From assembly GCA_973851085.1 (NCBI GenBank), contig OZ316776.1:11408001-11472000 (forward strand): a stretch of DNA of 64,000 bases, in the 5' to 3' direction. Positions 14,458 through 26,488 of the stretch are shown one piece after another. A program made the translations under genes and the position numbers. This DNA is from Ptychomitrium polyphyllum. Its lineage: Eukaryota. Numbering within the stretch: position 1 is the first letter of the stretch; each line of letters begins with the position of its first letter. Under the pieces are notes generated by a model, which worked only from the letters and a program-made list of their open reading frames with translations, did not search any database and was not told where the DNA came from.

Positions 14458-15118
14458 GGTGCTCGATGTGGATGGTGGAGCAAACCGCAAGACGGACGAC
14501 GCAGGCGAAGATGCAAAACGCAAAAGAGAGAGCTTCTAGTACACCCGCGCCTCTTAGGGCTGCACAAGCATACTCAATGTCTAGGGCTCGACCGTTCCAC
14601 TCCGGAACTTGTTCTCCTTCCATTCAGAACTGCCTTGTAGCGTACATGACGATGCCACCACTCATGAGAGTGCGTACTCAAAGCCGTCCCTATCCTCAAA
14701 ACAAAATGCGGCACTATCTTCATTTCCGTAGAGGTCAGGAAACCACATGTATGCTTTAGTAGAAACTGACGGTTTTGTATACGATTCTTTGAGCAGCTAT
14801 GATCGACCGTTCTATTCGGAATCTGTTCTTAAAGGCGAAAATTTTTAAAAGGAAGGAATAAGAATTGTTCTAGCTAAAATTAGTAAGAAAGGAGAAACGG
14901 AAGTAGTGGAACCCCGTTCACACGAGCGGTAGCGGAACTGTGTTCCCACTGTGAGGTCAGGAGGGAGGCACCAATCATGCAGTGGGGCGACAGTGTGTTG
15001 TCAATGCTGGTGATGGCTTTAAGCAAGTTGCATCTTGGAAGGCAGGATTGAGGTTTGTGAGCTTTGCGGGTGGTGCCTAGAGAGACGATCCGGAGTTTGG
15101 AGAATTGGTGTTGACGCG
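14458..15118. promoter_or_regulatory. Probable bidirectional promoter and 5' UTRs shared by RPS11 and epsilon-COP
   Basis: Divergent start codons 661 bp apart. Telo-box-like (aaccctaacccctaaaccta, about 14337-14356) and site-II-like (AGCCCA, about 14423) motifs lie just inside RPS11 intron 1. Confidence 0.55.
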
Positions 15119-17065
15119 ATGAGTGGGCCGGATGTGTTATTTCCGGTGCGGAACAACTTCTACTTGGGGGCGTTTCAGAGGGCCATCAATGAGAGCCACG
15201 GGAAGAAGCTGAGTGAGGCAGAGGCCGTGGAGAAGGATTGCATGGTGTACCGGTCCTACATTGCTCTCGGCCAGTATCAGGTAAGGAACGTTTCAGGGGT
15301 GCTTGATGTGTTTGCAATGTGAGGATCTGGATCCGGATCGAGGTGCAGTTCCCCCGGGTTTGTGGTTTTTCTTTGTTGCTCTCTGTGTTGGGATGCGAGG
15401 GTCTCAGATGCTGTGACATGATGCTGCCCCTTTTGGAGCTGGACTTGACCTTGGACATATTAACCCCACAATTTGCTGTAATGTTACGAGGATTTGATCT
15501 TTGGCAGCTGGTGGGTAGCGAGATCCAAGATGCTGCCCCTACTGCGTTACAAGCTGTAAAGCTTCTTGCTCTCTACATGTCCGGAGAGAAGGTACGAGCT
15601 CATGTTGCATTCAACTCTGTGGTTTAGGCATTGATATGGCTCTGGCTGTATCTGTACTGCAGTGATGGTGCCGATTGCCTTGCACTTCATTTTCTATGTG
15701 GTGTTCATGTTTTTGCAGGAGAAGGCTTTGTCTAGCTTGGCTGAGTTGTTAGCCGATTCGGCTATTGCAAGCAACTCAATGCTTTTGGTTGTTGCTGGAA
15801 CCATCTACGTTCATGAGCAAAACTACAATGAAGCGCTCAAAAACACACACGTTGGCGGTAACCTTGATTTGTAAGTAGCTTAGTACTGCATTGCGACTTG
15901 CTTTCCACTTATGGTAGTTATGTCATGGTTGCTTCTTTGCAAGTAATGTAAGGGAACGTTTATGAGTTTAATCAGATAGTAATTTCTGTTGATTGTAGGT
16001 GTGCATTGAATGTTCAAATTTTCTTGAAGATGCATCGGCCGGAGTACGCAGAGAAGCAGTTGAGGGCCATGCAGGAAATTGACGAGGATCATACTCTAAC
16101 TCAACTAGCAAATGCCTGGGTGAATCTAGCTTTGGTGAGACGGTAGTTCTTGTCTATATGTTTTCGTTATAGTTTATCTACTTTGCAAGTGACTGAGCAT
16201 TTCTTTGTTTAACATCTGTTTTGTATCCTTGCATCTAGTTTTGAATGTGTTATGTATGCAGTAGCAGGAGTAGTGATTCCAGATGGTACAGAATGGTGTG
16301 GATGTTCTCTTGAATTGGTACTCCAGAATGATTTGGCACAAAATTCTTGACGTTTGAGCTTCTACTTGTGGCGGTTGCTCACTTCTTTTCTTTTTTCCTG
16401 GTAGGGTGGTGCTAAGGTGCAGGAAGCTTTTTATATTTTCGAAGAACTCTCTGAAAAGTACACATCAACAGTTATGCTCATCAACGGGAGTGCAGTTTGT
16501 CAAATGCATATGGGCCAATATGAAGCGGCTGAGACTCGTCTTACTGAGGCTCTTAACAGGGTAACATTTTTTACACTTTAGTAGTGTTCCAAGCACAAGG
16601 TCTTGTTTAGTAATGGTTATTTTCTACGTTCAACAGTTGATTTCAGAAACACGACGGCAAAGGCATTCTTTTGCATTCTTGCTAGGTGACAATAACTGAT
16701 GCTTTCAGTTTACAGGATCCCAAAGATGCTACTACCCTTGCTAATCTGGTGGTGTGTAGTCTGCACTTGGGCAAGCCCACAACACGTTACTTGAGGTGTG
16801 TAGTGCTTCTCAATATTCTCCATGCCCTTCATTTGTAGAATTTTGTGTAATTTTTGCAGATAACGATGATTGAGAGCTGCAGTGTGTCTTGAATACTGGC
16901 GGTGAAGTGTATACTACTGAAAATCTAAAAGGCTCACAAAGATTTGTTTTTGTGCTTGTACAAATCAAAAGCCAACTGAAAACTTCATATCCAAAGCATT
17001 TATTAGTTGAGCGCTCTACTGCTGCTGAGGCGGATTTCGAGAGAGCTGTGCAAGCTTTTGGATAA
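15119..17065 (+). CDS. COPE: Coatomer subunit epsilon (epsilon-COP), 7 exons
   Basis: MSGPDVLFPVRNNFYLGAFQRAINES...YRSYIALGQYQ | ...ALQAVKLLALY | ...EALK | ALNVQIFLKMHRPEYAEKQLRAMQEIDEDHTLTQLANAWVNLAL | GGAKVQEAFYIFEELSEKY | DPKDATTLANLVVCSLHLGK | QLKTSYPKHLLV...DFERAVQAFG*. Confidence 0.96.
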
Positions 17066-18905
17066 AACGGTATCACTTTCACTTGAGTTCCATGCTTTTC
17101 TTTCTATTTACTCTTTTGGGGCCTCATGGATAGCAAATGTTATCCGAAAATATGAAATTAGCTGTTGCAAACACACAGTCAACAATTTTTCACAAATCTT
17201 GATATTTTCTGTTCTGTTTTGGATCTACGTGCAAGGAGATAAATTAGAACCTGAACTCTGGGGTTTCATGATTCTGCAGGAAAACGACTAAAAGTGACTT
17301 CAAGCTCAGTAGTTGATTCACAATGGTGTTGCTTGAATTATATTCATCTAGTGACCTTCGATTAGTACTTTTATTAATCATAGTGCTGCGCTGATTTTTA
17401 GATTCATTTCAGTATATACAGCATCTGCATGAGGCTGACAAGCTCTGCACTTGTCATTAAGTTCTTTTTTATAAAGAAGCCAGTTTGCAGAAAGTTCTGA
17501 CATGCGTATGTAAAGTCTCGTCGAGCTATGAGTCTTTTGCCATACACTATACAAAATTTGTAATCGCTTTGAAAAGCAATGGACAATCTGCAAAAGTGAG
17601 TCTCGTTTGTGTACATATGAATGGTAGTTGTAAGTTGTACTTGGAGGACAATGAGGACGATCTTCATTTGTCTAGAATGTAAGATGCTGTCAACTTATGG
17701 CATCAGGAATCTGCTACATTCGTGTAGGCTTTTTTGGAAGTAAAGTTCTCTCCTTAAATATTAGTTTGTTAATTTCTTATCTTTCTGAAAATGATGAAAA
17801 ATGTTCCCAAACGTCTTAAGAGAAAACCTGCTTGAAATTGTTTTTATTTTCAATTTTTGTCTTCGAATTTTCCGATTCTTTTGTTTCCTACTTTTAGAAT
17901 TATCATCGAGCGAACCTGCTATGTGACTATGGTAGTTTTTCGTTTCCTGGCAGTGTTTTGTGACGGTTCTTCAATATTCTGCCAACATGTTTTGGAAGAT
18001 GCTCTTCTGCTAGGATACCGGTTGATAGCTTTCTATGTATTTCATTTACATGAAAACCCCACTTATGCGGGCCCTAATGCAATATTTGCTGAACAACTCC
18101 AGGATTGTAGTGAATAATAGTGGAAACCAACGAGTAGCACAATCAGCTTTGATCAAGCATGGTGGACAGAATTAAGCTGTCACCCAACTTGAGTATAGGG
18201 CATCTCAATAGTCTCACGAAATAAGATGGAATGGACCACTTCAAAAGGGACAAGTTTCCTCTTAGACATAATAAGTTATTCATTCCAGTGCAACCGATTT
18301 AAACAGAACAATGAACGTTGCATAATAAACTCTCGTGGCGCCATTGTATGCTTTTTTGTTCCCGACATCCAATGATGACATAACATAATTCGGTGAATTC
18401 AGTAATCGCGAATCGAATTACAAGATAAACTGTCTAACTGAGTGTCTTCTATGAGTCCACAAGTAGTTTACTCAATGGTTGAAGATGCAGGTCATTCATG
18501 TAATCAAGCAGGAATGAATCCAGAAGATGGACCAAATCATCCTACTGTTGTGCACAGATCCAACATCCTATGGACAAGCTAGAAAGCACCGCTTACCGCA
18601 ATAAATCACACTGTGTCCAATTCGCATGAAAAAAGTTTACAACAATGAACAAAGATGGCAAGTTGGAGCTTCAACTGCAAACCAGATCAACTCCATCACG
18701 ACACACTAAAGAAACTTGATTATGTATGCCATCTGTGGTTCTTCAACAAGACCAGCCATCGTACCAGCATACTTTTTAACTATTTTTGTAGAATCTATCC
18801 AATTTCGGCACACAAAGGGACAGTCGAAAGACTACTATTCTCCTCTTGCTTCAACTTCGGAAGCCATTTGTAATATCCGGCCATGCCAATGGCACTGTCG
18901 ATGAT

Positions 18906-19424
18906 TTACTTGTGGCAGTCGCAGTCAGCACAGTTGCAGTTGGGGCCGCACTTGCAGTCGTTCTCTGAGTTGTAGCTGCTCACAAGAGCACACCAAAGGA
19001 GCTACCATTAGTACTAACAGACATATAGTATCCATTATCTGCAGAATTCAGGAGCCGGGATTGACAGCATCGATCATTCTTGAGAAGGCGCAAACTGCAC
19101 AGAGTTGAGATGCGTGTACTTACTTGCGGAGGCCACCGAAGGTTGGCTCAGCCAAGGTCTTGCAGCATCTAGTTGCAAGATCATACAACAAATATCCAGT
19201 TAAAAATTTACCAAGGAGGCATCACTGTCAAGAGTCCAGCAGCTCTTTTGCTGAAGGGTCACTCCGAAAAAGCAAGGAATTTAATGCTGAAAATCCAAGC
19301 AAACGTTTGCAAGGAGGAAGATGTATCATCACGTAGGAGGAAGTCTGTTGCTAACATACCCACATCCAGGGCTGCATTGGCAGCCGCTGCCACATCCGCA
19401 ATTGGGGCTTCCGCATCCAGACAT
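18906..19424 (-). CDS. MT: Metallothionein, 59 aa, 3 exons (not in ORF track)
   Basis: Exons 19424-19360, 19168-19124 and 18975-18906 (65+45+70=180 nt, GT-AG) give [59 protein letters not shown]: two Cys-x-Cys clusters separated by a short spacer. Confidence 0.93.
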
Positions 19425-21550
19425 AGTGAAGCGCTTGAAGGAGGTGAAGAGCCGAGAGAGGAGACAACGGAAGAAGAGCTTGAGCACGACCAATCTGAGA
19501 TGCAAGCACAGATGAAGGCGATGATACTCAAGTGCAGCAGACGCCCCCTTTTATTCTCGGCCTGGCTCACTTTGTCTAGTACCCCATGCCGTTCCATGCA
19601 AGTAACCTGTCCAATTGCAGCTAACACTGGTAACAAGCTTTGGGTCACATATGGAATCTTGCTGTGCACTTGCTATCCTTGGGCCCTCCTTACTGTACAG
19701 TAACAAGTGCACCAAAACTCCTGACTTTTGTAAGAAAGTTAACCAGCCGGATTTCATGTGCACGAACGTGGCTACAATTTACTACAATCTTGCCGATCAA
19801 ATCTGTTGAAATCACCATGATATATCACTGTGATCACTTGCGTCATATCCGAATACATTGTAAATATATCGTGAAATCTTCAGTGCATTTCAGAAGTTAC
19901 TGTAATTGAAGAAAACGTAAAATTATATACCTTATGAAAGGATCCGGCTCGGTTATCGTGAAGGAATCAATTCAGATTGTGGGATCTTTGACGAGGTGAT
20001 TTACAGTGACTCAGTTAATGAAGGGATTGGATTGTGAATTGATTTTTAACAGTGACGGAAGTGATGCAGTGTGTTGGAAGATTTCTTAGGTGTAAAGTTC
20101 GTAATTCGTGAATAACTTAGGCAAGTTGGCTGGTCTAGACTTTATGAACCAAGGTTTGACCTTGTGTTAACCTATGTTAGTTTCTCAGTGTGGCCTGTGT
20201 CGCCTATTCAGGGCCTTCATGTACATCATACAACGGATGTTAAAATCACTTTCTTGAGAAGAACCTCACGTTCAGAGAACCAACGCATAGAAGTTGGCCT
20301 TGGATGACTCCAACAACAAAAGACATTTAGTCGATCACGGCAACTGTATTTTGGAGTGGCCGTATTAATACTGTTGGATACTACTCTAGTAATACTACTT
20401 TATACTGTAGTAGATTGTAGGCAAATCAGAAACACTTCAAATAAGACTCTGTATGGATAATTTTCCTTTTTCCAAAGACCTTATGGGAAACGGGCTATTT
20501 TTGTTCTAGTGATCTTTTCTGACAGCAAGGCACCTCTTGACTCCTGACACAAGCAAGCTCACTACATATGATTATGTGCATACGGCCTGTGCTGTACCGT
20601 ACAATCATTCATATTCAGCTTACCATGCTTCCGACAGTAAAACGTGACCCATATCCAAGTTGGCTATCAAATTTGATGAGCATGAAGGGGAGCTTATCAC
20701 TTGCAGGGGTAAAGTATGATTTTTGCCCATAAATATAGAAGCAGGGAGGAGCATGATGCGGTGGTGTTGGTAGGTCCGTGTGTTGGTCTGAAGTAACGTA
20801 AAATGCACGGGAGGAGCTCTAGCCATTGGATCGTAACTATTTGGCTGTCCCTTTACCTTCCCAAGAAGCCAGTCAGAACAGCATCCAAGGAGATGGACCA
20901 GACCTTCGATGATCAACACCTGTTCGGCAAGTTGTATGCATGAACAGAATTGGAGGAATCAAGGGAATCTTATCTCCCTCTTGCAGAGCTGCTTGCTGCC
21001 CCTTTCCAACACAGAAGGACGCTCGATCAACACAGATTCACTTGTGCTGCTATGGCCCCAGCTGAGTGGTTAGTGGGAAATCTAATTCTATAGGGAGCGT
21101 GTAATCGTAAATAAATCGCTAGCTCCGATCTTTTCGTAAACTGGACTTACCTCCTCCTACTGGACCTACTACCATATGTGGAAGACTTACAAGTGTTTAC
21201 GCACATAATACAGTTGCAGTTTGCTACTTTTGGGAAGAAAGCTGATGCAGTTTACTGTGTTACGACTGCCACGACTGCTACGACGTTTTGCCCTTGGCAA
21301 AAGAATAGTTCTGAAGGATTTTCTTAGTACAAAATTCAATGGTGGTTCTAAAGTAAGAATGTACACATTTTTTCTCCTTTACTCTGTGTTCCTAAGACTT
21401 TTTCTTATACAATGCAACTTTGTAACTCCATACATATGTCATCCATCAAATTGTGGATCTGATACTATGGGAACGAATTAACATCTAAATAAACTTTAAC
21501 AAATCATTTAAACTGAGAAGATTTTACACGGACAATAGTTATCAGTCTAA

Positions 21551-21762
21551 AATGACACTTTCTCTATGAAATTCACCTCTCTACAAGATGTTAATTATGA
21601 TGTACTGTATTGTACAATACTTGTTCACATTGATTTGTATTAAGACTTTTGTTAAGATGACACTTTCTCTATGAAATTCACCTCTCTACAAGATGTTAAT
21701 TATGATGTACTGTACTGTACAATACTTGTTCACATTGATTTGTATTAAGACTTTTGTTAAGA
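21551..21762. repeat. Tandem duplication, about 106-bp unit x2, near-identical
   Basis: atgacactttctctatgaaattcacc...gtattaagacttttgttaag occurs at 21551 and 21657, with one visible substitution (tgtattgtac versus tgtactgtac). Confidence 0.93.
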
Positions 21763-23162
21763 CTTTTTAGTTCCCAAAATTCTATTGGTCATATTCAGAT
21801 CATGAATTCATCATAGCTCGAACTCATTAGTATGCTGTATTTCAGTTACCCCTTTACAAAGCACACTAAAAATTGTAGTCAGAGTCACCAAATACTGAAT
21901 GACTTTTTATGAAACTAAATGCAAACTGTCAAGTCTCACTAACACTAAATGCTAGCAAGTTTTTGACTGGAACATCAGAAAGATCATTTATGAACTGTGT
22001 CATGTATAAAGTAATTTACCGTGATGGTAAATTTGGTATAGCACAACATGTATTCTCGGCTCTAAGTACACTTGGACTCAAATACAGGATCATACTCTTT
22101 TCACCTTTCAGTTACTAGAAGTTCATGCCCATTGTAAAAACCATATTTTCCAGTAAATTAGAACACCTTTAGAAGTTGACCCATCTCAAACTTACAACTC
22201 CATCTCTGCGAAATTACATAAAGCCACCTCTATGGGGTACCTACCTTATGGGTTCTGAAATTTTGTAGGGGTATAAAAGAATCAAACTGAAGCTAAATTT
22301 TAACGCTTTATATAGTCATTGAGATACGGTACTGTTCGGCACTGCGAGGAAGCGTGTGCGCATCATGCAACCCCCTTAACGACAAAGGATGCTCTTCAAA
22401 CCAACACATAGCTGGAATCCGGGGACTGGACGAGAAACCAAAATATCTTACTATATTGATATTAAAATTTGCACAGCCCCAAAGTAGACAGCAATCGTTC
22501 ATGAATCTTACTGTGCTGATGTAAGTATTTAAGAGACATGGACTAGTATCCTGAAATCGCTACAAGAAAATCTTACTATACTAATGTGAAGATTTGCACA
22601 AGTACACTATTTCAATCGATCTTCCTAAGCCAATTACGAAATAACCTAAACAAACAATATTTTTAAATGTAGATTAGTAAAAATTTGCTACGACCTTGGT
22701 CAGATAAAAGATAGGTGTTGGAGTTCAACCATGAAAGTTAAGGAAAAGAGCGTTGGATTGCAGCGGTATGTACATTATGCTAAATCTTCGCTCCTGAGGC
22801 AGCTAAACTAGCTCTAAAATGGTTGGCATGAAGAGCTGGTGCAGGAGGTGTCAAGAACCATCACTAACGCAAAAAAACCTAAACATTCCAAAACTTAACT
22901 TACTGCCCAACATATAACTTAATTTCAGGGCAAGATGACAAGGGATCACACGAATTTCGTCCTTCCCTCTAAAATGCCAGTCCGAAATCAAGGCGAAAGC
23001 TGTGATTGCCTGTGCACACTACATAAATTCTGCAGGCATCATCCACAGAACAAAGCGCACTATGACACGAGATTCAAGCAACACCCAAACACCACCTCAT
23101 GAACAGAAGAGCAGACACAGGAGGCACTCATCAAGTGAACCATACACAAGGGCAAGAAGAAT

Positions 23163-25721
23163 TTAGGAAGGGACCTCTGTAATTTCAATTTCAATAGAGG
23201 ATGTATTATCGCCCTGATTCCCGATCAAGCTCAATTGTTCAGCTCTACTTGCCGCTGGTGGTCGAGGAGGAGGAGTGTGTGTCCGACTCAAAGGCAGCGG
23301 AACCAACCCATGGCGCAGCTCCATCAACTGATGGGCTACATAAGACATCCGAGGCCGACTAGCAGGAACGTGCTGAGTGCACGCATACACTAAGTCCACA
23401 CAACATTGAATCTGGACAACATCAGGAATGGTCTGAATGGTGGGATCTAGAAGCTCAATAAATCGTTGGGCTTGGACCAACGGGGTTGCCCATTCGAAAG
23501 TACTCTGCCAGTCTGAAGGCTCCACACCATCCGCTGTTGGTTTGCGCCCGGTAATGAGCTCTAACAGTAGAACTCCATAGCTGTACACATCGCTCTTGGT
23601 AGTGAGTTCGTTTCTATACACAAACTCGGGAGCCAGGTAGCCATACGTCCCGGCAATCACGGTGTGACCTACAGTTGCTTCACGGAGCACCAGCCTGCTC
23701 AGACCCACGCCCAGAATATGGGCATCAAAATGCTCGTCCAGTAGGACGTTGCTGGCCCTGACGTCCTTGTGCACTACATGTGGCTTCAATGTGTCGTGTA
23801 GATAGCTGCCATCACCCACACATGCCGAAATATATGAAGCCTAGTTATTCAAGTGGAACTTTTGGGTTACTTTTCAGGCTTGCATATGAACTTAAATATG
23901 AGATTGAATATGGAATAGAAGGGGGTTTGATGGACAGCTTACGAGAGGCCTTGGGCAAGAGTTGTAGCGATGCGCACTCGTTGGCCCCAGTCCAACGCTT
24001 GAGCATCTGGAGCCCTGCTATGCAACCATAGTTCAAGCGATCCATTGGCGAGAAACTCGTAAACAATGTAACCTTGGCGGTTCTCATAAGCACATCCTCT
24101 AACGGCCACCAAATTGGGTTGCTTCAGCCGTGCAATGCGCAGCACGTCATACACAAATTCCTTCTGTGACTGAAGTGGTGTGCGTTGCAACTTCTTGACG
24201 GCAACCAAGGTACCATCTGGAAGTGTGCCCCTGTACGTGCCCCCCATATCTTTCTGCCTACTCCCTAGCAAATTTGCATCTGAAAAAATCCCAGTCATGA
24301 CCTCTAACTCCCTGATTGTGTACAACCTAAATGCGGGTTGCAATAGCCCGCTAGCACTAGATAGCTCTGCAAGCTTCCGACGACGGGATCTCCGCCGTCT
24401 TTTGCTTCGCCTGTACGCCAAAAGAAATGCCACAATAACTGTGGTGGTGAAGGCAAGAATTGTGCATACTGAAATCAGTATGATTGTGTACTCTCTGTGA
24501 GTTGGCTTCGGAGCCTGGCATTCGGACTCTGCAAATGCAAGAGAGAACATCAACTTTGAAAACCTTAACTAAACCCGGATTAAAATGCAAATAGTTACTC
24601 GACTTTATAAGCCATGATTGACAGTAAACAAATGGCAACTGACCTTGTCCAATGGCACACAGAAACGAATGAGTAGAAGAACATAAATCCCACTTAGCCC
24701 CTGCCCTCGTGACAACTGTACATAGCCGGGGTGACGCTGGATTGGGACAGATAGTTGCTGTGCAACTCCCATTTGAAAGTATGGGCACCCACGGCAGGTC
24801 AATATCGTGGATGGTTTCACAGTTGCTCCATTTCCATTGAATAACTCCATTTTTGGCCTGGAGAAGCTGCCAATCCAATCTTCAGAGAATTAGGGCTTTT
24901 GCACGCATTTGTGCGACAAATATAATAGGGGAAATTAAATTGAATTGGTTTGCGCAGTAAATAACGGCACCAAAAAAGAACCAGATCATATGGTAGAAAT
25001 CCAAATGATCACTTCAAAGTCAATCAAGGACATAAAACTAGTAACCGTGTAACGTCACATCATAATTATGTGAGTGGGTTACGAGACACTGGAACGTTGA
25101 GGAGGTTCTTTAACGGATAAAATCCACTTGCATACAATAAACGAATGATTCACCAATTTACTTAGAGGTTGACGCGGTGCTTACCTCTTGGCCACCAACC
25201 CAGCAGCCATCTACAGCCCCAGCACCACAGATCGCCTGAACATAATAAAATTCGTCCAGCGTGTTCAACGATGCAAGCTGTCCTCCTTTGGCTTTGCAAG
25301 CATTCTCTGAATCGGACCAGATACTAGAATTCGTCACAAGAGAAAGACAAACAGTCTCATTGTATCCTCTCTGCCATCCAGGAGGACAAGTTTCTGCCGA
25401 AGTGTAACACACGGAATAATCAGAAAGGTACCACCAACAACACTAGAGCCAGAAGGAGAACAACAAAATATATGCCACACAATAGCTTCTCCTTCGAACG
25501 AAGGAGATACAAACTTGTCGATACACCAATCAAGAACACATACAAAACATGTAATTTCACTAAAATGTAAAACCAGCTACCTAAAACATGAAGTACAAGT
25601 GCACTAAGAAACAGCAACAACCAAGCTCACCGCAATGCGAAAGTGGAACCAGGGAAAAAAGGCAGCACGCTAGCAGCAGCAGGTACTGTACTCGTCCTGT
25701 CCCTGACAGGCATGCCTTCAT
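23163..25721 (-). CDS. C-type lectin receptor-like kinase (At1g52310-like), 5 coding exons
   Basis: Signal-peptide exon 25721-25631 (MKACLSGTGRVQYLLLLACCLFSLVPLSHC). C-type lectin domain in 25393-25185 and 24857-24644 (CPPGW..WSDSENACKAKGGQLASL..CWVGG..WKWSN..HSFLC). TM plus poly-basic stop-transfer and kinase N-lobe in 24528-23943 (VAVKKL). C-lobe in 23805-23163 (HKDVRASNVLL, GVGLS, GTYGYLAPE, SDVYSYG). Confidence 0.94.
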
Positions 25722-26464
25722 GCCCTACCTACTTGCCAAGCAACAGATAGACCATTAGTATCACACACGCCACAAAACAACCCCTGCAAATTCTCCCAAA
25801 CAATCCTACTCCCACTACAATTGCAGCACAGCAAATGTTTTCAGCCCATACCGACAATGCCTACAACAGTAGCAAACAGCTCAGGATCAGCTCAACAACA
25901 TCCCCCACTTCCTACTCTACCCCAACAACACACCTCCAGCCACAGAACTAGTACCCCAAAAACTCCACTAGAAACTAAACACCACTCCTACCATTTTCTA
26001 AACCCAAAAGGACTCGAACACTCAATTGAGTGACATTTCACCACTCCCAGAAGAGGGAAAACTCCAACCCAAACGGACATCGCCATCCAACCCCAACAAC
26101 TGCCAGCACTACCACCCCACCACAACGGTCAACTCTTCACCACAGACCACCAGTAGAAACGGTACTCTTCACTAGCAACGAGAGGGTACGGCGAGCAACT
26201 TACCGGTGGAGAAGGCAGCAAGCGGTGCTAGGAAAAGAGGACGCCGTTCTGCCTCGAGCAGAGACAGAGACACCCCCGCACGCCGGCTGATGGTCACGAC
26301 CAGCGTGCATTCTCACTCCTCCGCATCCCAGCAGCCGGAGCCCAAAGCCCACAGTTTGCGCATCCAGATCCAGCAAGCTCCCGCCTGTCCCACTCCCGCA
26401 GCTGCAGAGCCAGGCCCGCATCAACACGCAGCCGGATTCCCGAACGCCATAGCCGAGCTCGAGC

Positions 26465-26488
26465 CTCAACTCAACTCAACTCAACTCA
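26465..26488. repeat. (CTCAA)n pentanucleotide microsatellite in the putative kinase 5' leader
   Basis: ctcaactcaactcaactcaactca read directly. Confidence 0.8.

Noticed and set aside
16860..16926. Intronic C/D box snoRNA candidate (acgatga...ctga)
   Set aside because: Imperfect C box, weak terminal stem, and no rRNA or snRNA complementarity that I could identify.
19173..19703. 176-aa + ORF and 136-aa - ORF (19259-19669)
   Set aside because: They overlap the real metallothionein exon 1 and leader in antisense or another frame; low complexity, no recognisable family.
19425..20700. GTAC copper-response or MRE motifs upstream of the metallothionein
   Set aside because: The few GTAC tetramers seen are about what chance predicts, and I found no full TGCRCNC core near the gene.
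20680..21010. Possible miR319/miR408-like hairpin
   Set aside because: Only partial word matches and poor complementarity between the arms.
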